A DNA stretch of 37,246 nucleotides from a virus (IMGVR_UViG_3300029145_000016:1-37246), one strand, 5' to 3'; counted from the first letter of the stretch, positions 9,835 through 19,156 are shown. Program-made: numbers and translations. The notes: generated by a model from the sequence alone, not told the origin.

Positions 9835-10867
9835 GCCCTCAGCGCCGACGCCTCCCGATCCCGCACGTCTGGCGCGGGAACAGGCCGAGGCAAACCGCGT
9901 TACCACATTCACCCCGTTCGGGAACATCAACTTCGGCACGGTCGGGGAAGATGGGTCATTCGTCCCGACGCAGAACGGTTCACAGGCGGCGGTTCAGGTC
10001 AGCCCGACCGACACGCAACTGGACACGTTCAATCGCCAGATCGAGACAGAAAACCTGATTGCCAACCAGTTGGCGGACAGGGTTTCAACCCTCCCCACGG
10101 GCGAAATCGACGTGTCCGGTCTCCCCGAACTGCGGACCGACTTTGGCGCACAGGGCGCGGAACTGGAAGACGCCACATTCCAGCGCGCAATGGGCCTGCT
10201 TTCCCCGGTGTTCGACCAGCGGGAAGAACAGTTGCGCAGCCAGCTGCGGAACCAGGGGCTTGTCGCGGGTTCGGAAGCCTTTGATGACGAATTCGGCAAT
10301 TTCAGCCGGGCGCGTAACGAGGCGGAATTGGCGGCGGCGTTTGATGCGGTTGGCGCGGGGCGTGCGGAACAGTCCCGGCTGTTTGGCCTGAACTCGGCGG
10401 CGCGTCAGCAGGGATTCGGGGAACAGTCTTTCCTCAGAAACCAGCCCTTCAACGAATTGGCGGCGGCGCTGTCGGGGACGCAGATCGCGCCCTTCCAGTC
10501 CCAGCCGCTCAACGTGCCGGGGGTGGACGTTCTGGGGGCGAATGCGCTCAACCTTCAGGCACAAAACAACGCATTCAACGCTGCCAATCAGGGCCGGTCC
10601 GACGTTCTCGGCGGCCTGTTCTCGCTTGGCGGTTCGGCACTCAGCGCGGCCCCGTTCTTCCTCGCATCGGATCGCCGCCTGAAGGAAGGCGTCAAGCGTG
10701 TTGGCACGCTGGACAACGGCTTGCCCGTTTACGTCTACCGCTACAAGGCTGGCGGACCTCCGCAGATCGGCCTGATGGCGGACGACGTGGAAAAGGTGAA
10801 GCCGGAAGCCGTCGCCAGCATCAACGGTTACAAGGCTGTCGATTACATGGAGGCGGTTCATGCGTAA
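9827..10867 (+). CDS. Virion/ejection protein with C-terminal peptidase S74 intramolecular chaperone domain
   Basis: MGKPSAPTPPDP start; C-terminal SDRRLKE...YVYRYK...IGLMADDVEKVKPEAV...VDY. Confidence 0.8.
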   Translation: MGKPSAPTPPDPARLAREQAEANRVTTFTPFGNINFGTVGEDGSFVPTQNGSQAAVQVSPTDTQLDTFNRQIETENLIANQLADRVSTLPTGEIDVSGLPELRTDFGAQGAELEDATFQRAMGLLSPVFDQREEQLRSQLRNQGLVAGSEAFDDEFGNFSRARNEAELAAAFDAVGAGRAEQSRLFGLNSAARQQGFGEQSFLRNQPFNELAAALSGTQIAPFQSQPLNVPGVDVLGANALNLQAQNNAFNAANQGRSDVLGGLFSLGGSALSAAPFFLASDRRLKEGVKRVGTLDNGLPVYVYRYKAGGPPQIGLMADDVEKVKPEAVASINGYKAVDYMEAVHA

Positions 10868-11984
10868 TCAGTACGGTCAGACGGACATTCTGGCGCGCTA
10901 CCTTGCCCAGCAGCCGCAACAGCACCACACGGCTCTGGGAACGGCTCTCAGGCTTGGCGGGGCGGGCATTGCGGCCCTTGGGGACTACAAGCGCCGGGAA
11001 GGCCAACAGACGGCCCTTGTTGACGCTCTGAGAGGGTTGAACACACCCGGTGCGAACGGCCCCACGATGGCTGCTGCTGCAAGTGCCCCGGTGCAGGATC
11101 CGGAAGGCATGGCGGCGCTGCTGTCAAACCCGGCATCCGCCCCCATCGCGCAATCCCTGCTTGCCAAGGCGCTTGCCGGGCCGGAGAAGGGTGAACTGGT
11201 GAAGGCGGCAGACGGCTACTTGTACAACTCGGTGACAGGTCAGCGCGCGTTCCCGGATGTGGTCGCGTTACAGTCGCCAACCCTGAAATCGGTTCATGGT
11301 GTTGGGTTGGTGGATGTTTCCGACCCTGCGAACCCGCGTGTTGTGCAGGCTGAAGGCCAGCGTCCGCCAAGCACAAGCGTGAACGTCAACACAGGCAACC
11401 CGAATGCCCTTCCGGGTCTATCCAAGCTGCCTGCGGGCTTCACCTATCGTTATGATGGCCAAGGCAATGTTATGCGTGACGCGCAGGGCTTGCCGATGGT
11501 TGCCCCCATCCCCGGCACGAAACAGGCAGCAGATGTTGACGCCGAAGCAGCCAAGGCGGACAAGCGCGAGCAACAGGAACGCCAGCAGGCCGACATTATG
11601 CTGCAAGACATTGATAGGGCTCTTGATCTTGTCGAAAATAGCACATTCCCGACAACGGGCTTTGCAGGCAACATCATGCAGCACGTCGCGGGTACGTCAG
11701 CGGGCGATCTGAGGGCGACCCTTGCGACGATCAAGGGCAACATCGCTTTCGACAAGATCAACGCCATGCGTCAGGCGAGCCCGACCGGCGGCGCGCTTGG
11801 CGGGGTCAGTAATAACGAACTGGCGATGCTGTCGGCGGCATTCGGAAGTCTGGAGCAATCCCAGTCGGAAGAGCAGTTCGTGAAGAACCTTCGCCGTCTG
11901 CGGTCGATCTACAATGAGGTTGTCCACGGCAGCGCCCCGGTCACGTCCGATGATGACGGATGGAAGGTTGAAAGGGTCAACTGA
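10860..11984 (+). CDS. Internal virion (DNA ejection) protein
   Basis: A/Q/G-rich; IKGNIAFDKINAMRQASPTGGALGGVSNNEL motif; position. Confidence 0.65.
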   Translation: MRNQYGQTDILARYLAQQPQQHHTALGTALRLGGAGIAALGDYKRREGQQTALVDALRGLNTPGANGPTMAAAASAPVQDPEGMAALLSNPASAPIAQSLLAKALAGPEKGELVKAADGYLYNSVTGQRAFPDVVALQSPTLKSVHGVGLVDVSDPANPRVVQAEGQRPPSTSVNVNTGNPNALPGLSKLPAGFTYRYDGQGNVMRDAQGLPMVAPIPGTKQAADVDAEAAKADKREQQERQQADIMLQDIDRALDLVENSTFPTTGFAGNIMQHVAGTSAGDLRATLATIKGNIAFDKINAMRQASPTGGALGGVSNNELAMLSAAFGSLEQSQSEEQFVKNLRRLRSIYNEVVHGSAPVTSDDDGWKVERVN

Positions 11985-13894
11985 TGGCGCAGTACAAGGT
12001 CACCGGCCCCGACAATCAGGAATACATCGTCACCGCCCCTGAAGGCGCGTCCCGTGAAGAAATCATGGCCCGTGTCCAAAAGGCGGCGGCACAGGAACCG
12101 GAACACTCCACCATGCAGATCGTGGACGACTTCATGCGTTCGGTAGCGGATGGTGCGACGTTTGGCTATTCCGACGAAATCGCGGCTGGGTTGTCTTCCC
12201 TCACCGGCATCGGCAGCCAAGGCGATGGGACATATGAAGGCAACCTGAAGGCCGAACGGGAGAGAGACGCGAACATCCCCCTTGCAACACGTCTGCCGGG
12301 CCAGTTGACCGGCGGCCTGATGACGGCTGGCGGCCTGATGCGGGGCGGTCTGACGCTGGCGCGTCCCGGCATGAGTACGGCTGGGAAAATCGGCGCAGGG
12401 GCAGGCGAAGGCGCTGCCTATGGCGCGGCCTATGGTTCCGGGGCGGCTCAGGGTGGACCGCAGGAGCGGCTTGCCGGGGCTGGCACCGGCGCGGCCATCG
12501 GAGCGGTTGCAGGTGGTGCGGGGACAATCCTGTTCAACAAGGCCGGGCAGGCTTGGGACACACTCAGGAACAAATACGCTGCTTTGACTGGACGCCCCGA
12601 ACAGGCAGCATATGCACGGGCCGCAAAGGCTCTTGAACAGGCAGGCGTCCCTCCGGAGCAGATTGTTGCCCGTCTGGATGAACTAGGTCCGGAAGCCGTA
12701 CTGATGGATCTGGGCGAGCCGACGCGGGCACTTGCCCGTTCAGCGGCCAACACCAGCCCGCAGGCGAGAGAAGCCATTGAGACAGCGATTTCCGCACGAA
12801 GCTCTGGCCAGACGGATCGGTTGACGGATTCCCTGCTTCGGGCCGCCGATCTGGACCAGCCCAAAACGCTTGATGAATTGACCGGGGCGATCCGGGCGGA
12901 GGCCAAGCCCGCGATTGATGCGGCTTATGCCGAAGCGCGTTCGGTGGGCAACGACATTAACCTGTCAGCATTCGATGATCTGGCGCAGGCCGAAATGGTC
13001 ACGGTCGCACTGGCGCAGGGCAAGAAAGCCGCACGCGAGCGCATGATTGCGGATGCGGCACGTCAGGGCTATGCGCTTGAGAAAGGTGCAGAACCCTCCG
13101 CCCTCGCCGTTCTAGACGCCACAAAGCGCATTCTGGACGATATGGCCGAGGTCGCGGCGCGTTCCGGTGAACGGTCCAAGGCCGAAATCGCAAGCAGCTT
13201 TTCCAAGTCAATTCGGGAACGGGTTGATGGGTGGATGACGCAGTATGCGGATGCTCGCGGGAAGGCGTCGGAAATGTTTGGGCGGATTGATTCCGCCGCT
13301 CTGGGCGCGGAAGGTGCCAGGCCGCGCCCGGCTGCGGATTTTGGGCGACGTGTCAGCGAAGCGAAAAGCCCGGCAGATGTTGCCAGAGGGTATGCGGCGG
13401 CAAAGATTGATCAGGTTGAAGGCCGGAGATCAACACCGGGCGCGGTTGATGCTGTTTTCGGGTCAAAGCGCAATCAGGATGCGCTCGCACAGGCCCTTGG
13501 GCCACGGGCAGCGATAGTGCAGCGTCAGATTGATGCTGAACGGGCATTCGGGGCGACCGACCGCGCGGTCAGGGGGAATTCGACAACCGCACGTCAGCTT
13601 GCCGAAATGGGCGCGACAGGTGCATCCGGCGCGGGGATTGGCTTCGCCGCTGGCGAGAACCCGGAAAGCGCCGCAGCGGGCCTCGTAACCGCCTTGCTTC
13701 TGAGGAAGGGGGGCAAGGCGCTGATCAACGCTGCTACCAACACGACCGAAAAGAAGGTGGCGGACAGCTTGGCCGATGTTCTCCTGTCTCGTCGCCCGCC
13801 TACTCAGGTTGAACAGCAGATGCTTGCGCAGGCGATGATGCGCGCCGCTCTGGCCCGTTCCGGGGCCGGGGTTGCGGGGGGTAGCTTACCCTAG
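11984..13894 (+). CDS. Large internal virion (DNA ejection) protein
   Basis: 636 aa, A/G-rich helical; GATFGYSDEIAAG motif and glycine-zipper segments; TGATG coupling. Confidence 0.7.
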   Translation: MAQYKVTGPDNQEYIVTAPEGASREEIMARVQKAAAQEPEHSTMQIVDDFMRSVADGATFGYSDEIAAGLSSLTGIGSQGDGTYEGNLKAERERDANIPLATRLPGQLTGGLMTAGGLMRGGLTLARPGMSTAGKIGAGAGEGAAYGAAYGSGAAQGGPQERLAGAGTGAAIGAVAGGAGTILFNKAGQAWDTLRNKYAALTGRPEQAAYARAAKALEQAGVPPEQIVARLDELGPEAVLMDLGEPTRALARSAANTSPQAREAIETAISARSSGQTDRLTDSLLRAADLDQPKTLDELTGAIRAEAKPAIDAAYAEARSVGNDINLSAFDDLAQAEMVTVALAQGKKAARERMIADAARQGYALEKGAEPSALAVLDATKRILDDMAEVAARSGERSKAEIASSFSKSIRERVDGWMTQYADARGKASEMFGRIDSAALGAEGARPRPAADFGRRVSEAKSPADVARGYAAAKIDQVEGRRSTPGAVDAVFGSKRNQDALAQALGPRAAIVQRQIDAERAFGATDRAVRGNSTTARQLAEMGATGASGAGIGFAAGENPESAAAGLVTALLLRKGGKALINAATNTTEKKVADSLADVLLSRRPPTQVEQQMLAQAMMRAALARSGAGVAGGSLP

Positions 13895-14092
13895 AAGGAT
13901 GTATCGGAAGGTGTAGAACACTGGCGCGGCCCATAATGCAGCGCCAGCGATCCAGAAAAAGACCTTCTGCCTGACCTTCCATGTCGTTTCGCTGTAGGCA
14001 CGGTAAATGAAGACCGGGGCCCAAACGCCAATCGCAAGCGCCGTGATGATCAGGGCGTAAATGTCAAACGCCGTCATGTCTGCAACTGTCAT
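13886..14092 (-). CDS. Small two-TM membrane protein (antisense moron)
   Basis: 68 aa with two hydrophobic segments; G-rich RBS upstream; convergent with the ejection gene. Confidence 0.6.
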   Translation of the reverse strand: MTVADMTAFDIYALIITALAIGVWAPVFIYRAYSETTWKVRQKVFFWIAGAALWAAPVFYTFRYILLG

Positions 14093-14137
14093 CCCCCCAA
14101 TCTAGGGGCAATCGCCGCGCGTGTCAGTGCGGAAATA

Positions 14138-14221
14138 TCAGCCGAACAGCACCCAGCCCAACAGGGCGAACAGAACGAGCGGGATGAACGCCCGCCGCCA
14201 GAACCATTCATACCGAAACAT
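14138..14221 (-). CDS. 27-aa single-TM peptide MFRYEWFWRRAFIPLVLFALLGWVLFG
   Basis: Read manually. GAGG lies 7 nt upstream of the ATG; hydrophobic stretch; same strand as the adjacent moron. Confidence 0.45.
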   Translation of the reverse strand: MFRYEWFWRRAFIPLVLFALLGWVLFG

Positions 14222-14232
14222 GGAGTGGCCTC

Positions 14233-14568
14233 ATGCCCCTTGCAACCAACAACACGCCCGCTGCGGTGGCCTCACAGGCAGGCCCGGACGGCGGCATCTT
14301 CCAGGCTTTCAAGCCCGGCACAACCCAGAATGTCGGATATACCGGAACTGCTGGCACGATCAGCAACGCGGTTGGAACCAGCCTCGCCCGTGTATATTGC
14401 ACCACAGACGCGTTTGTCGCGGTTGGCGAGACGGCGACATCTGCGTCCATGCCGGTTGCGGCGGGCGTCCCCGAATATGTGGCCTGCGATCCGAACGATA
14501 CGATTTCTGCGATTCAGCAGACCGGCGGCGGGACGCTGTACGTCACGGCAGCGGCGACCGCGCTATGA
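14233..14568 (+). CDS. Small beta-rich virion protein
   Basis: GGAG RBS; T/A/G-rich; ATGA-coupled to the next gene. Confidence 0.7.
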   Translation: MPLATNNTPAAVASQAGPDGGIFQAFKPGTTQNVGYTGTAGTISNAVGTSLARVYCTTDAFVAVGETATSASMPVAAGVPEYVACDPNDTISAIQQTGGGTLYVTAAATAL

Positions 14569-15293
14569 TGATGGTGGGAATGGGGCGGCTCATGAGGCCG
14601 TATCCATACTACCGGACAGCCGCGTCAAACTATGACGGCACGAACGACTTCGCCCGGCGTGGTGGTGACCTGACGGGAATCGCGGACGGGAAGGAAGGAA
14701 CCATTGCATGGTTCATGGACCTTCAGGGCGGAGACGGCGCGGATCAGTACGTCTTTGAGATCGCCAACCGCGTGCAGGTGTTCCGCGATTCTTCCAACCG
14801 TATCGACGTGATCCTCCGCAACTCGGGCGGAACCATCATCGGGCGGCGTCGGACCTCTGACACCTACGTTGCGTCCGGCGGGTATATCGGGGTGCAGATT
14901 TCATGGGATCTGGCGAACGCGGACTTTGACTTCTATGTCAACGATGCGGTTCCCACCCTCGGCGTCACCACGCCCACCACGAACGACACGGTGGACTACA
15001 CCGCAACGGAAGTCTCGGTCGGTGAACGCGCGACGGTCACGGGTTCCAAGCTGAATGCGTGCCTGTCGGAACTGTTCTTCCACACGTCCTATCTGGATTT
15101 GTCCGTGGAAGCCAACCGGCGCCGGTTCATCTCTGCCGATCTGCGGCCCCAGAACATTGGTCCGACCGGGACCGGCGGGCTTGGGGTGCAGCCCCTCCTT
15201 TATGCGCCAGACGGCGACCCGTCCGACAACAAGGGCACGGGCGGGAACTTCACCATTACCGGCGCGCTGGCGGTCTGCAACGACACGCCATGA
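14565..15293 (+). CDS. Tail/receptor-binding protein, possible LamG/concanavalin-like fold
   Basis: YDGTNDF, TIAWFM, ISWD...FYVND, LSELFF pattern; ATGA coupling. Confidence 0.55.
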   Translation: MMMVGMGRLMRPYPYYRTAASNYDGTNDFARRGGDLTGIADGKEGTIAWFMDLQGGDGADQYVFEIANRVQVFRDSSNRIDVILRNSGGTIIGRRRTSDTYVASGGYIGVQISWDLANADFDFYVNDAVPTLGVTTPTTNDTVDYTATEVSVGERATVTGSKLNACLSELFFHTSYLDLSVEANRRRFISADLRPQNIGPTGTGGLGVQPLLYAPDGDPSDNKGTGGNFTITGALAVCNDTP

Positions 15294-15517
15294 GGTGGTA
15301 TCACGTCACTCTGATCTGTTGGAATAGTAACCGGCAGATATTCGAGGACGCCTTTGCAGCGGTCGAACCTGACAACATCCTTTCGACCAACTGGAACCTC
15401 CTCAACACCGAATGCGTCGTGAAGGCCCCGGCGGGCCTCGACGTTTCCCCCGTCATCGCCGTTTACGACGCAGCCCCGGTGTCCATGACCAAATCGGTTC
15501 TCTGGGCGGGAAATTAA
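15290..15517 (+). CDS. Hypothetical protein (75 aa)
   Basis: ATGA overlap with the upstream tail gene; MRWYHVTL start. Confidence 0.6.
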   Translation: MRWYHVTLICWNSNRQIFEDAFAAVEPDNILSTNWNLLNTECVVKAPAGLDVSPVIAVYDAAPVSMTKSVLWAGN

Positions 15518-15580
15518 GCCCTTCCCGGTTGCCTGCGGGTTCGTGGTTGCGGCGTGTGGTAGCCAGATACAGGAGCGCCC

Positions 15581-16498
15581 ATGATCGACGTAACCACGCC
15601 TCTAACAGAGACAAACGTCGAGCCGTCTGACGTCCCCGCCATCATCAACGGACTGGGCCATATCCGGGCGCAGGTCAAGATCGTCCTGAAAGCCGGTGAC
15701 TTCACGATTACCGAACCATGGCCGACACACCCGGACGGGGACCACATCCTCATTCGCGGGGCTACCGTCGCCACACCTCCGGTCGCGTCCGACTTTACCG
15801 GGGTCAAGGCCGACGACGAAACCATGCTTAAGTTCAAGTGGGGCACCATCGTGCGCCCTGACGAAGCGCTGGTGCGGTCTGACAAGCTTCTGGGCACGAT
15901 CCAGGATGTTCTTGTGATCGGGGGTGACTTCGGCATTGCAGGTGCGCCACGGGTGGGCCTCCGTAGGGTGCACTGCTTCGACCAGACGAACGCGGCCTAT
16001 GTCGCCGAATATGGCGGGATGATCGACGGCGTGGACGCATCGTGCAGCCACGGCCATGACGGCGGGCGAACGGACTTCGACGGGACGCTACGGCTCAACG
16101 ACTATCTCGCATTCGATATGTCTGGCTACGGGCTGCGGGTGAACCACGGCGGCAACATCTACCCCATTGCAGGAACGGTCATCGGCAGGTGTCAGACCGG
16201 GATGAACGCGACCGATGCGGGGGCCATCCGGGGCCACTACGCAGAGATTTACGACTGTACGGACGGCGCGACGGCGACCGGCGGGCGTCTGCGGCTTCAT
16301 GGATCTGACATTCACGACTGCGGCGATGGTCTGGCGGTCTACAGCGGCGGCTGGGCAAAGATCGCGGACGGGTATCTGACCGACTGTGACCGTGCGCTGT
16401 ACGTCCACAAGGGCTTTGCCAACATCGACGGCACGACCTTCTCCGGCAACACGGTTGACCAGCAGATAGAGGCTGCCGGGGCATTCGTCTATTCATAG
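15581..16498 (+). CDS. Right-handed beta-helix (pectate-lyase-like) protein, tailspike/depolymerase-like
   Basis: AGGAG RBS; ~22-aa repeats with I.DC..G ladders (IYDCTDGA, IHDCGDGL, LTDCDRAL, FSGNT). Confidence 0.7.
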   Translation: MIDVTTPLTETNVEPSDVPAIINGLGHIRAQVKIVLKAGDFTITEPWPTHPDGDHILIRGATVATPPVASDFTGVKADDETMLKFKWGTIVRPDEALVRSDKLLGTIQDVLVIGGDFGIAGAPRVGLRRVHCFDQTNAAYVAEYGGMIDGVDASCSHGHDGGRTDFDGTLRLNDYLAFDMSGYGLRVNHGGNIYPIAGTVIGRCQTGMNATDAGAIRGHYAEIYDCTDGATATGGRLRLHGSDIHDCGDGLAVYSGGWAKIADGYLTDCDRALYVHKGFANIDGTTFSGNTVDQQIEAAGAFVYS

Positions 16499-16501
16499 GA
16501 G

Positions 16502-16792
16502 GTGCGCGTGAGGGCGTTCATTCTGGCGTTGATATTTCTGGCTGTCCCGGCAACTGCGGAGGCGGCGTGCGACCTCCGGGAAGCCATCCTGAAGAAGATG
16601 CTTCTCGGGTATAAGGAATTGCCATCCGCCCGGGGCATCACCGCGAACGGCAGTGTGATTGAGCTTCTTGTCAGCCCTGACGGCGAGACGTGGGCGATGA
16701 TGCAGTCATTGCCCAACGGCGTGTCGTGCATGATTGCCACTGGCGAAAGCTGGGAAGCCGTCGAACGCAAGGCCCCGGAGACGCCGTCGTGA
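16502..16792 (+). CDS. Secreted small protein (signal peptide, two Cys)
   Basis: Sec signal ...ATAEA; GETWAM...NGVSCMIATGESWE motif. Confidence 0.7.
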   Translation: MRVRAFILALIFLAVPATAEAACDLREAILKKMLLGYKELPSARGITANGSVIELLVSPDGETWAMMQSLPNGVSCMIATGESWEAVERKAPETPS

Positions 16793-16986
16793 GCGTTGAG
16801 ATAGGCCAGCTTCAAGCGGATGTTGCGCGTCTGAAATCGGACGTGGCGGCGCTTGAAAAAGAAAACCGCGAACTGCGGGCGCTTCTCAACAGGGGGCGCG
16901 GTGCTGTCTGGGTTCTGGGCCTCGGCGCGGGTCTGGCCACGTTCGCGTTGTCGCAATGGAGGCACATGGTGGATTTTCTCAAATGA
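16789..16986 (+). CDS. Coiled-coil plus TM protein (XhlA/holin-like)
   Basis: GTGA coupling; heptad repeat followed by a C-terminal hydrophobic segment; lysis region. Confidence 0.6.
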   Translation: MSVEIGQLQADVARLKSDVAALEKENRELRALLNRGRGAVWVLGLGAGLATFALSQWRHMVDFLK

Positions 16987-17429
16987 GCGGGCGTGTTCAC
17001 GGGACGATGACGGCTCTGTTCGCTGGCGGCGTTGGCGTTGTCGCCGCGCTGGCCATGTCGATGGTGCTGGATGTGCGGCGCGAGATCAAAGGGCCGCCGC
17101 CGTGTAGCGTCGTCCATAAGGCTTACGTTGAGGCTGTCATCCACGACTATTGGACTCACAGCATTGTTGCGGACGTCGAACGGCTGGACAGAGATTGTTC
17201 ACCGCCTGGCGTTGTGATTAACACGCGCATTCGCGGCGTCGTTTCTGAACTTCGTGAATCCGGCCACGGTCGCGGCGTTCTGGTTGCAAAGGAGGCGGGC
17301 ATCGTCCGCATCGCGATCCCCGTCCGCCTTCCCAAGCACGCGACGCACGTCGAAAGCCAGGCGCATTACATCGACATCGACGGAAGCGCCCGCCCCATCA
17401 CCACAACAGGGTTTTTGAAGCTGCCATGA
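16983..17429 (+). CDS. Membrane-anchored protein (N-terminal TM), lysis region
   Basis: ATGA-coupled at both ends; hydrophobic N-terminus. Confidence 0.6.
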   Translation: MSGRVHGTMTALFAGGVGVVAALAMSMVLDVRREIKGPPPCSVVHKAYVEAVIHDYWTHSIVADVERLDRDCSPPGVVINTRIRGVVSELRESGHGRGVLVAKEAGIVRIAIPVRLPKHATHVESQAHYIDIDGSARPITTTGFLKLP

Positions 17430-17809
17430 TTGACTGGTCCCGATACCCCAACTTCACCGAGGCCGAGTTTCGCTGCAAAGGAACGCACTGTTGCGGTGGC
17501 GAGGCGAAAATGCAGGAAGACTTTCTTGACCGGCTGCAACAGCTACGTTCCCGCGTCGGCTTCCCCTTCCAGATCACGTCAGGCTATCGCTGCCCGGACC
17601 ACAACGCGGCGGTATCCCGGACAGGCCGTGCAGGCCCGCACACGACAGGGCAGGCGGTGGACATAGCCGTCAACGGCCCGCAGCGGTTCGAGATCATGGC
17701 GGAGTTTGCGAAGTTCGGCTTTACGGGCGTCGGCATTGCGAAAACCTTCATCCATCTTGACACGCTGGCGGCGGACGAAGCCCCGCGCCCGACGAGTTGG
17801 ACGTACTAG
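17426..17809 (+). CDS. Endolysin, peptidase M15 family
   Basis: EFRCK..CCG, ITSGYRCPDHN, HTTGQAVDI, FIHLD zinc-peptidase motifs. Confidence 0.92.
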   Translation: MIDWSRYPNFTEAEFRCKGTHCCGGEAKMQEDFLDRLQQLRSRVGFPFQITSGYRCPDHNAAVSRTGRAGPHTTGQAVDIAVNGPQRFEIMAEFAKFGFTGVGIAKTFIHLDTLAADEAPRPTSWTY

Positions 17810-18012
17810 TCACGCCTCCATCGTTCGGGCCAGTATCTCTCTGGCGTGTCTTCCAGCCATTCCAGATGGGCGATGGCGTACTGAGGCCAGCCCTTCTGGT
17901 TCCACTTCGACACGGTGTTGACGTGCAAGTCCAAAGTCTCGGCGAACCGGGTTAGCGCGCCGGGGCCGTAGATGCGCTTGATGCGCTCGGCAGGGGTCAC
18001 GCTATCCGCCAC
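17806..18012 (-). CDS. XRE/Cro-like HTH protein
   Basis: LTRFAETLDLHVNTVSKW HTH signature. Confidence 0.75.
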   Translation of the reverse strand: MADSVTPAERIKRIYGPGALTRFAETLDLHVNTVSKWNQKGWPQYAIAHLEWLEDTPERYWPERWRRD

Positions 18013-18305
18013 GCCAATGTTTCCAAGTCCACACCTTCCCCGCTGGCCACTTCTGTCATGACAGCACGAAGTGACGGGTCATGAAGCACAGCGGTGCGCG
18101 GGATTGAAAAGTATCGCTTCTGGCGGGAATTCCCCTTGGTCCAGAACTCAATTCTGGCAGTTGCCTGCAATCTGTGAGCGTTAGCGCCGTCAGTCATGTG
18201 CGAAACATAATCTTCCCTGACCCGTTCGCGAATCCAGTCCGGAAGGCTTTCATCGCGAGCGATCTGCCACGCCTGATCCTCAGTGAAGTTGACAGGTATC
18301 TTCAT
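17997..18305 (-). CDS. Hypothetical protein (102 aa), first gene of an antisense two-gene cassette
   Basis: GGAGG RBS before ATG 18305; lower GC than its flanks. Confidence 0.7.
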   Translation of the reverse strand: MKIPVNFTEDQAWQIARDESLPDWIRERVREDYVSHMTDGANAHRLQATARIEFWTKGNSRQKRYFSIPRTAVLHDPSLRAVMTEVASGEGVDLETLAWRIA

Positions 18306-18320
18306 TTCTTTTCCCTCCGT

Positions 18321-18363
18321 TATTGCTTCCATAAAACTAACAATATCAATGGAAGTTGCAATA
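18321..18363 (-). promoter_or_regulatory. Sigma70-like promoter with an overlapping inverted repeat (operator)
   Basis: Minus strand TTGCAA-N16-TAGTTT with a TG extension. Inverted repeat CTTCCAT (18326-18332) / ATGGAAG (18349-18355), flanked by TATTGC/GCAATA. Confidence 0.6.
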
Positions 18364-18387
18364 GAAAATCATAAGAAAGTTGAAAAA

Positions 18388-18618
18388 ATGCAATCAGGCT
18401 TCAAATGGGAGAACCGGCGCAAGTGGGTTGCCCGCGTGCTCTGGGGCTGCGGCTTCGCTTGGGCGGCGCTGATCGTCGCGATGTTCATGCCCGGCGTCTC
18501 GGCTGACAAGATGAACGCAATAGCCTTGCCGCTGGCGTCCGTCACGGCGTTGACCATCGGGTCATACATCTTCGGGGCGGCTTGGGAACATAGAAGCCTG
18601 TCAGGCGGCGAGCGGTGA
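18388..18618 (+). CDS. Holin candidate (two TM)
   Basis: 76 aa, basic N-terminus, two TMs, GSYIFGAAWE ending; coupled to the spanin gene. Confidence 0.7.
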   Translation: MQSGFKWENRRKWVARVLWGCGFAWAALIVAMFMPGVSADKMNAIALPLASVTALTIGSYIFGAAWEHRSLSGGER

Positions 18619-19019
18619 TTTTCGGTATGGGCATAGGGCTTGGGATCAAGTTGGCCGCTGGTGCTGCCATTTTGGCGGTTGTCGGGGGGCTTTACTGGCG
18701 CTTGGACGTGGTGGCGGCGCAGCGCGATGCAGCCAAGGCGCTGGCGGCACGGTTCGAGGCGGCGAACGCGGAACTGTCGCAGGTCATCGAGGACCAGGCC
18801 CGGACGCACACTCGCACCCTTCACGAACTGGAACAGGTATCCCGGCAGCGCGAGAACGTGCGCACGGTGGTCCGCTACATCAGAGAGGAAGCCCGCGATG
18901 CTGAAGACGGCCCTGTTGCTGACGTTCTGCGGATTGGCCTTGACCGGCTGCGATCCAGAAATCAGGTACGTGGACCGGGTGAAGCTGATCAAGCCGACGA
19001 TCCCGCCGCAACTGACTGA
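18615..19019 (+). CDS. i-spanin (Rz-like)
   Basis: N-terminal TM followed by a coiled coil; overlaps a lipoprotein gene in another frame. Confidence 0.8.
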   Translation: MIFGMGIGLGIKLAAGAAILAVVGGLYWRLDVVAAQRDAAKALAARFEAANAELSQVIEDQARTHTRTLHELEQVSRQRENVRTVVRYIREEARDAEDGPVADVLRIGLDRLRSRNQVRGPGEADQADDPAATD

Positions 19020-19149
19020 CTGTGCGCCATCGCCTGAAGTGCCGATGGTCGAGACACAGGCCGATGTTCTCGACTACACGCTGGATCTGTTCGAGGCCCA
19101 TGCGGACTGCCGGGAGAAGCTGCGGGCGTTGAACGCGGTGGTGAGGTGA
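18898..19149 (+). CDS. o-spanin (Rz1-like lipoprotein)
   Basis: MLKTALLLTFCGLALTGC lipobox; Pro-rich PTIPPQLTDC and a second Cys in DCREKL. Confidence 0.85.
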   Translation: MLKTALLLTFCGLALTGCDPEIRYVDRVKLIKPTIPPQLTDCAPSPEVPMVETQADVLDYTLDLFEAHADCREKLRALNAVVR

Positions 19150-19156
19150 GCGGCGG

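Noticed and set aside
14121-14564. N-terminal extension of ORF 14121-15293
   Set aside because: Overlaps gene 14233-14568; the ATGA-coupled start at 14565 is more plausible.
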